Assembly (NCBI GenBank): GCA_016196885.1
Contig: JACPWU010000024.1
Coordinates: forward strand, 30,001-62,000
Length of the DNA: 32,000 nucleotides
DNA from: Chlamydiota bacterium
Lineage (GTDB): Bacteria; Auribacterota; JACPWU01
Direction: 5' to 3'
The notes below the pieces were generated by a model. The model was given only the letters and a program-made list of their open reading frames with translations, searched no databases and was not told where the DNA came from. The stretch's first letter is position 1; every line of letters begins with the position of its first letter. This document shows, in pieces, positions 24,573-32,000 of the stretch. The position numbers and the translations under genes were made by a program.

Positions 24573-26051
24573 ATGAGATTAAGACAAGAGATCAAGATGA
24601 AAGCGTTCGTTTCTGTGGTTAAAAAAATTTTAGGGGTCATTGGTCAATATCATCTTCTTTCAAAAAAAGATAGAGTTCTCATTGCTGTTTCGGGTGGAAC
24701 GGATTCCATGGCACTTCTTCATGTTTTGTTGGAATTAAGAGAAATTTTTGAATTAGAACTGGCGGTAGCCCATTTGAACCATCATCTACGTGAGCATGCC
24801 TCCCTTGATTTAGAATTTGTTCGGCGTGAAGCAGAAATGCTCAAGCTTCCTTTTTATGGGGGAAGTGAAGATGTGAAATTAATTTCTAAGAATGAGGGTC
24901 TGTCCCCGGAAGAAGCGGCTCGAAAGGTTCGTTATGAATTTTTGAAAAAGGCGGCTTCTTCTTTTGGGGCTCAGAAAATTGCGGTGGCTCATACCCAAAA
25001 TGATCAGGCAGAGACGCTTCTCTTGAGAATGGTCAAGGGAACAGGGGGAGAAGGTTTGAGGGGAATGAGGTTTTCTCGGCCGCTTGATTCTTACATTTTA
25101 ATTCGTCCTTTGCTCGATATTTCTAAAAAGGAATTGAAAAATTTTCTCCAGAAAAAAAATATTTCTTGGCGAGAAGATGAAAGCAATCAGGAAATGGCAT
25201 TCTTGAGAAATAAAATTCGGCACTCTTTGATGCCGTTTCTTGAAAAGGAATTTAATCCGGTCATGGTTGAGAGTCTTTGTCGTTTGGCATCGATTTTGGA
25301 CGAAGAAAATGAATTCTTAAATAGAGCCCTTGAGAAGGTTTTTTTGAAATGTAAAAAAAATGAGAGCGGATTATCTTTAGATCTAAAATTTTTTCTCTCA
25401 CTAGAGATGGCGCTTCAACGCCGGTTGATTCGAAAACTGTTTTGGCAGTTTTCATTAGGCAAAGATTTGTCTTATACCTTGGTTGAAGAAATCCTGTCTT
25501 TTTTGAAAAATGCCCAGTCAGGGAAAAAATGGGATTTGCTTGAAGATGTGGAATTAAGAATTGAATTTGATCGTTTCTGGATAGGGCCGATTCATTGTAA
25601 ACAAACGTTTAGCTTTGAGAAAATCAGAGTACCAGGAGAAATTTCTTGGGAGATGGGGACTTGGTCTTTCAAGATGGTCGCTCAATTATCTTCCCAGCTT
25701 CACAATCAAGAAAAGAAAAATTTCCCTGAAATTTATAAGAATCTGTCTGAACGTAAACCGATAGAGCTGGTTGAATATTTTGACGCAGCGCAAGTGGGCC
25801 CAGAAATTCAGATTCGATCTTTTGAACCCGGGGATGTTTATGACCCTATTGGACTCCATGGCTTTAAAAAGCTGAAAAAGATTTTCATTGATGAAAAAAT
25901 TCCTTTGCGGGATCGTCTCCAAATCCCCCTTTTTCTTTCTCGAGGCAAGATTTTTTGGCTGACGGGCTACCGTATCTCAGAGTCTTTTAAAGTCGGATCC
26001 AATCAGAACGCTATTTTAAAGATTTCTTTGGAGATAAAGAAGGGCTGCTGA
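24573..26051 (+). CDS. tilS: tRNA(Ile)-lysidine synthetase
   Basis: PP-loop VLIAVSGGTDSMALL, and HLNHHLR. An alternative start is at 24597. The 3' end overlaps the convergent amidase gene by 41 nt. Confidence 0.85.
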   Translation: MRLRQEIKMKAFVSVVKKILGVIGQYHLLSKKDRVLIAVSGGTDSMALLHVLLELREIFELELAVAHLNHHLREHASLDLEFVRREAEMLKLPFYGGSEDVKLISKNEGLSPEEAARKVRYEFLKKAASSFGAQKIAVAHTQNDQAETLLLRMVKGTGGEGLRGMRFSRPLDSYILIRPLLDISKKELKNFLQKKNISWREDESNQEMAFLRNKIRHSLMPFLEKEFNPVMVESLCRLASILDEENEFLNRALEKVFLKCKKNESGLSLDLKFFLSLEMALQRRLIRKLFWQFSLGKDLSYTLVEEILSFLKNAQSGKKWDLLEDVELRIEFDRFWIGPIHCKQTFSFEKIRVPGEISWEMGTWSFKMVAQLSSQLHNQEKKNFPEIYKNLSERKPIELVEYFDAAQVGPEIQIRSFEPGDVYDPIGLHGFKKLKKIFIDEKIPLRDRLQIPLFLSRGKIFWLTGYRISESFKVGSNQNAILKISLEIKKGC

Positions 26052-27282
26052 AAAAAATTAAAATCCCATCCGCTACGCTATCCGCATATTCTCTGAATAT
26101 GCTTTTATAGGGTCTCCCTTGAAAGGTCTTTTCTCCTTCGTAGTCGCCGGCCAAGATGCGGTCTCGCACCAAAATATTGTTTTGATAATAGGGCTCTAAA
26201 TAAATCACGGGGCCTGGAAAGAGGCGGTTGGCCGCGAGGTTTCTTGCGTAAAGATAGGGGTTTTCGTTGACGCGGTAATATTGGGGGCTGGGGCTGTATT
26301 CGACGTAGGGGAGTTTTGTGTCCTCGGCCATTTTTTTTGCGATCGCATCCGACAGGATTAATTCGATCTTATGAGATCCCTCGAGCAATTTTGAGAAAAG
26401 TCTGAATCTCTCTTCTTCCTCTTTTACTTCACTAGCCCCGTAGCTACCATGTGTGAAAATCACCAAGCGATTGTCCTCGACCCAAGGATTTTGGGGTGTG
26501 GCAGGGGCTGCATTGAAGTGAAGGCAGAGCGTAAAATCAGGACGGATTCTCTTGGCTCGTTCGGCTCGGGCCTTGATCTCAGCCTTTCGATAGAAAAGCC
26601 TTTCCGTTTCTTTTTGAATCGCCCATTTCAAATTTTCGCCAACGACAGGTGAAATTTGACTTCCACAAATTTTCTTCTCCGCTTCTTTCCTAAAATCCTT
26701 CGGCCTTTTGTGCGTGACGGGTTCAAAATTTTCTTTTGTTAAATAAACTCTCGCGCCGAGGTCAGTCAGGCGTTTTTTTAAAAGAAGCGCCGTTTTGAGA
26801 TTGAGATCTGCCTCTTGAATCGGCTCATGATTTTCCACACGGAGAATCCTTTCCTCCATTTCTGCGTAAGCTCCTCCAATGTGTCCGGGGTCCAGAAGGA
26901 TTTTCAAGCCCTTTAAAGGACGTGCCGAAGAACGCCCTCGCAAGAATTCTATTTTTGTGGCAAAGTTGCGAATCGTTCTCTTAGAGGAGGTGTTTTTTGC
27001 TAAAAAAAGTCTGAAAACCGCAGGTTTTGTTTTTTGATCGTTTCGGAAAATGTCTACGTATTGAGAGGTGACGTGAAGGTAATGGTAAATGCTTCCATCC
27101 TGGGAATAAATTTCAATCGCGTCCCAAAATTCTTTTTCCGTGAGCGTGTCGTGGTATTTTTCCAAGCGATCCCAACAGATTTTAGGCACGATTTGGGCAG
27201 AAGAGAGAAATGGAGAGAAAAGAGCGGTTAAAAAGAAGAAAACAATAATCCATTTTTCTTTTTGACGGGATATTTTTAGCAT
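26011..27282 (-). CDS. N-acetylmuramoyl-L-alanine amidase-like (Amidase_3-type) secreted protein
   Basis: The start at M53 of the tracked ORF gives the signal peptide MLKISRQKEKWIIVFFFLTALFSPFLSSAQ. Motifs ILLDPGHIGG and LCLHFNA. Confidence 0.6.
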   Translation of the reverse strand: MLKISRQKEKWIIVFFFLTALFSPFLSSAQIVPKICWDRLEKYHDTLTEKEFWDAIEIYSQDGSIYHYLHVTSQYVDIFRNDQKTKPAVFRLFLAKNTSSKRTIRNFATKIEFLRGRSSARPLKGLKILLDPGHIGGAYAEMEERILRVENHEPIQEADLNLKTALLLKKRLTDLGARVYLTKENFEPVTHKRPKDFRKEAEKKICGSQISPVVGENLKWAIQKETERLFYRKAEIKARAERAKRIRPDFTLCLHFNAAPATPQNPWVEDNRLVIFTHGSYGASEVKEEEERFRLFSKLLEGSHKIELILSDAIAKKMAEDTKLPYVEYSPSPQYYRVNENPYLYARNLAANRLFPGPVIYLEPYYQNNILVRDRILAGDYEGEKTFQGRPYKSIFREYADSVADGILIFFSSPSLSPKKSLK

Positions 27283-27356
27283 TATTTTAGTGATTTTAAA
27301 ATTTTCAATTTCCAGATATGATATGCCATTTATCGTCCATAGGAAAGGAGTTCGTC

Positions 27357-28004
27357 TTGTATTACCCCATTTTTCTTGATTTAAAAGGTAAAGATTGTGT
27401 GATTTTTGGAGGAGGAGAGATTGCCTATCGAAAGACAAAATCTCTTATTGATTGCGGTGCAAGAGTTTCCGTTTATGCTCCTGAAGCAATCTCTGAAATA
27501 GAGGTTTTGGCGCACGATGGCAGAATCATTTTCGAGAAGAAACAATATGAACCGGATGATTTGGTCGGGGCTTTTCTCGTGATTGCTTCTACCAACCAGG
27601 GGGATGTGAATGCTGCTATTTCAAGAGAGGCCCAGGAGAGAGGACTTTTAGTGAATGTGGTGGATGATCCAGAGTTTTGCAATTTTATTGCTCCCAGCAT
27701 CTTACGTCGAGGGAAATTGGTTATTGCGGTTTCAACCGAGGGGACAAGCCCTGCGATGGCAAAAAAGATTCGAGAAGATCTGGAGAGAAATTTTGGGCCT
27801 GAATATGAAATTTTTCTGGAGGTGATGGACGCTTCTCGGAAAAAAATTCAAGAGCGATTGCCCGATGAAGCGGCCCGCAAGGCTTTTTTTACGGATTTAA
27901 TTCATTCGGATTATTTGGAACGCACTCGCTCTGGCTGGACGCGCGAAAGGCTGAGAGAGGCGATTGAGAAAAAATTGGAGCATTTTGTGACGCATGACAT
28001 TTGA
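27357..28004 (+). CDS. precorrin-2 dehydrogenase / sirohydrochlorin ferrochelatase (CysG N-terminal/SirC-like)
   Basis: LYYPIFLDLKGKDCVIFGGGEIAYRK Rossmann N-terminus. TTG start at 27357 preceded by SD AAAGGAG (27344-27350). Confidence 0.75.
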   Translation: MYYPIFLDLKGKDCVIFGGGEIAYRKTKSLIDCGARVSVYAPEAISEIEVLAHDGRIIFEKKQYEPDDLVGAFLVIASTNQGDVNAAISREAQERGLLVNVVDDPEFCNFIAPSILRRGKLVIAVSTEGTSPAMAKKIREDLERNFGPEYEIFLEVMDASRKKIQERLPDEAARKAFFTDLIHSDYLERTRSGWTRERLREAIEKKLEHFVTHDI

Positions 28005-28812
28005 TAATGCTTTCTTTTTAGGAACGCTGTTTCTTTACTTTGCGGCTCTTGCCTCGTATGCCGGATTCCTTTTCTCAAATCGGGTTGTTTTAAATAGGTG
28101 GGCGGTGCGTGCTTTGATGCTGGGTTTTGGTTTTCATACGGTTTCGTTGATTCGGCAAGTTTTTGAGCTCTTTCAATCGTCTGCAATGAATCTTTTTGCT
28201 GTGCTGATTCTTTTCTCTTGGTCTCTGGTTCTTTTGACGCTTCTCATTCAATCCAGAGTTCGCATGCGCATGGTGATGGGAATTGTCCTGGTGCTAGTTT
28301 TAGCGTTGGGAGGCATTTTCTTCGGACTTCCTCGATATTTTGATAAGGCCATTCCCTCTTTTAATGCCTTTTGGTTTGGCACGCACGTTTTATTTTCTCT
28401 TTTGGGTTATGCTGCGTTTGCTCTTTCTTTGATTTGCGGTCTTTTGTATTTGTTCCTGGAACGTCAACTCAAATTAAAGAGTACAAACTCTTTTTTTTAC
28501 CGGTTACCCCCTTTAGAAAGTCTTGAACTGATGGCCTTTCGCTCTCTGTGGGGAGGTACACTTTTATTGGGCTTGGGGTTGGCGAGCGGCCTTTTATGGG
28601 CTCGGTGGGCAGGCTTGCCGCTCAGTTTTAGAGATCCTAAAGTGTCTGCTGCTATCATCACCTGGCTGATTTATGCGGTCATTCTTTATGTGAGATTCAC
28701 GGCTCGGTGGCGGGGAAGAAAAGTAGCTTATCTGTCTCTTGTTGGTTTTTTAGCGGTTTTGATTACCTTTTTCGTGATGAATTATTTTTCAAAAGGTCAT
28801 GGTTTTTTCTAG
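27994..28812 (+). CDS. cytochrome c assembly family membrane protein (CcsA/HemX-like)
   Basis: 272-aa polytopic membrane protein. It sits between the siroheme gene and hemA, as in hemAXCD-type clusters. Confidence 0.65.
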   Translation: MTFDNAFFLGTLFLYFAALASYAGFLFSNRVVLNRWAVRALMLGFGFHTVSLIRQVFELFQSSAMNLFAVLILFSWSLVLLTLLIQSRVRMRMVMGIVLVLVLALGGIFFGLPRYFDKAIPSFNAFWFGTHVLFSLLGYAAFALSLICGLLYLFLERQLKLKSTNSFFYRLPPLESLELMAFRSLWGGTLLLGLGLASGLLWARWAGLPLSFRDPKVSAAIITWLIYAVILYVRFTARWRGRKVAYLSLVGFLAVLITFFVMNYFSKGHGFF

Positions 28813-28822
28813 GAATTCGAAA

Positions 28823-29866
28823 ATGGGAAAAGTCGAAACAAATATTCAGGTGATTGGGCTTAACCATCGAACCGCTCAGGTCCAGACGCGGGAACGTCTC
28901 GCTTTTACCAAAGCCCAGGCAACCGCTTGTCTCGCTCGGGTTCGGGAAATGGGATTGGCCGACGAGGCTGTCATCCTTTCCACCTGTAATCGAGTCGAGC
29001 TTTATCATGTTTGGGACCGCTCTGATTCTTACGAGAGTTTGTCTCAATTTTTGAGTCAATTTCATCAGGTCAGTCTTCCTGATTTTGAGAAGTCACTTTA
29101 TTTTTATAGAGATGATGAAGCGGTTCGTCATTTGTTTCGTGTGGCTTCGGGTTTGGACTCCATGGTGGTGGGAGAAAAAGAAGTTTTGGGCCAGGTGAAA
29201 AAGGCGTACTTCTTGGCGAGCAGCACAGGAGCGACGGGCCCTCTCCTGAATGTGCTCTTTCAAAGATCTTTTTATGTTGCGAAGCGTTTACAAAATGAGA
29301 CCACGCTTCATTCGGGGAGCATTTCTGTGAGTTCTGTGGCAGTTCAATTGGCCCAGATGATTTTTGGAGAATTAAACACGAAAACCATTTTACTGGTGGG
29401 TGCTGGAAAAATGAGTGAGCAAACTGTTCAGAGATTGGTGGAAAGAGGGGTGAAGGGCATGATCGCTTCCAATCGTTCTTATGAAAAGGCTCAGGCTCTG
29501 GCTCAAAAATTTGAAGGTCAGGCGGTCAGATTAGATGAGATTCATCAAGTGGCTCGAGATGTGGACATTGTCATCAGCTCAACGGCGGCGCCTCATTTCA
29601 TTCTGCATCAAAATGAAGTGTCCGGGTGGATGAAAGAGCGCAGACAAAGGCCTCTCTTGATGATAGACATTGCGGTTCCTAGAGATATTGACCCAGAAGT
29701 GAACAGACTCGATAATGTTTATCTCTATAACATTGATGATTTAAAGGCGGTGGCCGATCAGAATTTTAAAGAGAGATTGAAAGAACAGGAAAAAGCAGAT
29801 TCTCTGGTGGAAAGTGAAGTAAAACGTTTTATGGACCGGATGATTAAGTACAAGTCAGTTCATTAA
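28823..29866 (+). CDS. hemA: glutamyl-tRNA reductase (short form)
   Basis: VIGLNHRTA, catalytic STCNRVELY, NADPH-binding LVGAGKMSE, and DIAVPRDIDP. Only about 57 aa follow the PRD motif. Confidence 0.85.
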   Translation: MGKVETNIQVIGLNHRTAQVQTRERLAFTKAQATACLARVREMGLADEAVILSTCNRVELYHVWDRSDSYESLSQFLSQFHQVSLPDFEKSLYFYRDDEAVRHLFRVASGLDSMVVGEKEVLGQVKKAYFLASSTGATGPLLNVLFQRSFYVAKRLQNETTLHSGSISVSSVAVQLAQMIFGELNTKTILLVGAGKMSEQTVQRLVERGVKGMIASNRSYEKAQALAQKFEGQAVRLDEIHQVARDVDIVISSTAAPHFILHQNEVSGWMKERRQRPLLMIDIAVPRDIDPEVNRLDNVYLYNIDDLKAVADQNFKERLKEQEKADSLVESEVKRFMDRMIKYKSVH

Positions 29867-29960
29867 GTTTTTTTAAATCTGACAGTACTTAAGAGTACGG
29901 AAGCTTAAAATTATGATTAAAAAAAATAATACATGTAGGATTTGATAGGCTCTCTTAAGT

Positions 29961-30878
29961 ATGAAAAAGAATTGGATCATCGCCACACGGGGCAGTAAAT
30001 TAGCACGTTGGCAGGCGGATTGTGTGAGGAAAGTCCTGCTTGAACATTTTCCAGATCTCTCCATTCGTTTGAAAATAGTGAAGACAGCAGGAGACAAACT
30101 TCGCTCTAATAAATTATGGGAGATGGGTGGTAAAGGGGTCTTCACAAAAGAAATTGAAGAGGCTTTGAGGATTCGCGAGGCAGATTTGGCTGTTCATAGC
30201 TTGAAGGATTTGCCAACGGATTTGGATGAGGTTTTTACGATTGGGGCCATTCCTTTTCGGGAATCTGCAAACGATGTTTTAATCTCAAAAGATCATGTAC
30301 ATTTTGAAAATCTTCCGCCAGATTCGGTGATAGGAACTTCGAGTTTTCGTCGCCAAGCCCAGATTTTAAAAATGAGACCCGATTTGAAAGTTCAGGAAAT
30401 CAGAGGAAATGTTTCAACCCGTATTAAAAAAGTTTTAGAAGGGGTTTTTGACGCGGCAGTGGTGGCGAAGGCAGGCATGGTGCGCCTGGGATTTGAAGAA
30501 TGGATCACAGAGGAATTTGATTTTGATCAAATGCTTCCGGCGGTCGGGCAAGGCGCTTTGGCGGTCGAGATTCGATCTGATGATGAAGAAGTGCAAGAGC
30601 TTTTACAACCTCTTCAAAATGAGGATCTTTTTTTTACTACTTCTGCAGAAAGGGCTTTTTTAAAAGCGATGGGAGGAGGTTGTCGTTTGCCCCTGGCGGG
30701 TTATGCGGAAATTCAAGGGGATGAAATTTTTTTGCAAGGACTGGTTGCGAGTGTGGATGGAAGTCAAATGATTCTGGATCAAATGACAGGTTTGAAGAGC
30801 GACTTTGAGATGATCGGAAAAAATTTAGCGAAAGAGATGTTAAACAAGGGCGCAAAAGAAATTTTACAGGCGTTATAA
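29961..30878 (+). CDS. hemC: hydroxymethylbilane synthase (porphobilinogen deaminase)
   Basis: Motifs IATRGSKLARWQA, HSLKDLPT, GNVSTRIKK and the cofactor cysteine in GGGCRLPLAGYA. Confidence 0.9.
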   Translation: MKKNWIIATRGSKLARWQADCVRKVLLEHFPDLSIRLKIVKTAGDKLRSNKLWEMGGKGVFTKEIEEALRIREADLAVHSLKDLPTDLDEVFTIGAIPFRESANDVLISKDHVHFENLPPDSVIGTSSFRRQAQILKMRPDLKVQEIRGNVSTRIKKVLEGVFDAAVVAKAGMVRLGFEEWITEEFDFDQMLPAVGQGALAVEIRSDDEEVQELLQPLQNEDLFFTTSAERAFLKAMGGGCRLPLAGYAEIQGDEIFLQGLVASVDGSQMILDQMTGLKSDFEMIGKNLAKEMLNKGAKEILQAL

Positions 30879-30902
30879 ATTTCAATATTTAGAAAGCGGA
30901 AA

Positions 30903-32000
30903 ATGAACGGAAAAGTTTATCTGGTTGGAGCAGGGCCAGGAGATCCAGGGCTTTTAACCCTGAAGGGGTGTGAACTTCTTCAGACGGCAGACGTTATTGT
31001 CTACGACGCCCTTGTTTCTCCCAAAATTTTGAAATGGGTTCGACCCAATGCGGAATTGATTGATGTGGGAAAAAGAGGCGGAAAACCTTCTTTCTCACAA
31101 GAAAAAATCGAAAAAATTTTATTGGATGAGGCGCAAAAAGGAAAAAAAGTGATTCGTCTTAAAGGGGGGGACCCTTTTATTTTTGGCCGAGGGGCAGAAG
31201 AGGCCCTTTCTCTTGTAAAGCGCGGGATTGCCTGGGAAGTGGTTCCAGGTGTGACATCCGCCATTGCTGCTCCTGCTTATGCGGGAATTCCCCTGACCCA
31301 TCGGGAGTGTGCTTCGACGGTGTCTTTTATCACAGGTCAAGAAGATGTGGCTAAATTTGATTCCAAAATTAACTGGGATGATTTGTCGAAAGGTGAGCGA
31401 ACACTTGTTTTTTTAATGGCCTTTTCCAATTTAAAAAATATTGTTGATCAATTGATTAAAAAAGGGTTATCTCCCGAAACTCTTTGCGCCATGATTATGT
31501 GGGGGACTTGGACAAAGCAAAAAACAGTTGTCGGAAATTTATCGAATATTGTGCAAAAGGTAGAAGAGGCTCAATTAGAATCTCCTAGCGTTTTTGTGGT
31601 GGGGTCTGTTGTTAAGTTACGCAATGAACTTAATTGGTTTGAGAAAAGTCCTCTTTTCGGAAAGCGAGTTTTGGTCACCCGCTCTCGGGAACAGGCGAGT
31701 ACGCTTGTTGAAACATTGGGACAGTTGGGAGCCGAACCCATTGAATTTCCGACCCTTAAGATTTTACCTCCTGAAGATTGGAGTTTGATCGATGAAGCGA
31801 TTCAAAAAATAAATAAGTTTAACTGGATTGTTTTTACCAGTGTGAACGCAGTTAAAATTTTTCTGGATCGCTTGCCTTTTTTAGATAGAGATATTCGAGA
31901 TTTAAAAGGTGTTAAAATAGCAGCCATTGGAGAAGTGACAAAAAATGTTCTAAAAAACTATCATCTGAAAGTGGATTTATGCCCTTCTGAATTTGTTTCA
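30903..32000 (+). CDS. cobA: uroporphyrinogen-III C-methyltransferase fused to uroporphyrinogen-III synthase (3' partial)
   Basis: The frame is open from the ATG at 30903 to the window end (366 codons). Motifs VYLVGAGPGDPGLLTLKG and KGGDPFIFGRG. A HemD-like region begins at KRVLVTRSREQAS. Missing from the ORF track because no stop codon falls inside the window. Confidence 0.85.
   Translation, partial: MNGKVYLVGAGPGDPGLLTLKGCELLQTADVIVYDALVSPKILKWVRPNAELIDVGKRGGKPSFSQEKIEKILLDEAQKGKKVIRLKGGDPFIFGRGAEEALSLVKRGIAWEVVPGVTSAIAAPAYAGIPLTHRECASTVSFITGQEDVAKFDSKINWDDLSKGERTLVFLMAFSNLKNIVDQLIKKGLSPETLCAMIMWGTWTKQKTVVGNLSNIVQKVEEAQLESPSVFVVGSVVKLRNELNWFEKSPLFGKRVLVTRSREQASTLVETLGQLGAEPIEFPTLKILPPEDWSLIDEAIQKINKFNWIVFTSVNAVKIFLDRLPFLDRDIRDLKGVKIAAIGEVTKNVLKNYHLKVDLCPSEFVS

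Noticed and set aside
29867-29960. Looked for a frameshifted continuation of the short hemA
   Set aside because: The 94-nt AT-rich spacer has stops in all frames and no HemA-like residues, so I make no pseudogene call.

Overview
Bacterial chromosomal segment with moderate GC (judged by eye) and no rRNA genes or CRISPR array. I cannot assign a taxon. The backbone is a nitrogen-assimilation and housekeeping region. It holds glnE, glnB-glnA behind a sigma54 promoter, glnK-amtB behind a second sigma54 promoter, polX, def, a GAF histidine kinase, an APC permease-USP fusion, sugar-modification genes, tilS, an amidase, and a heme/siroheme cluster (precorrin-2 dehydrogenase, ccsA-like, hemA, hemC, cobA-hemD). 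An accessory patch at about 3.5-5.6 kb sits between glnE/nuclease and glnA. It contains a 180-bp MITE-like structured element, a double zinc-ribbon protein, a ghost nuclease 3' end, a truncated AAA ATPase and an AbiEii-type toxin pair. A Schlafen/AlbA_2 ATPase gene lies directly upstream of glnB. Four non-coding signals stand out. (1) An initiator tRNA gene is split by an IC3-type group I intron that carries a PD-(D/E)XK homing-endonuclease ORF. (2) Long intergenic hairpins recur whose arms are tandem arrays of a 7-8 nt word, with a different word at each locus. (3) Two unrelated inverted-repeat elements of about 180 bp are present, and one supplies the stop codons of both convergent flanking genes. 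(4) Three unannotated small membrane-peptide ORFs lie inside the glnK-amtB operon. All calls come from reading the sequence and translated motifs. No database search was run.
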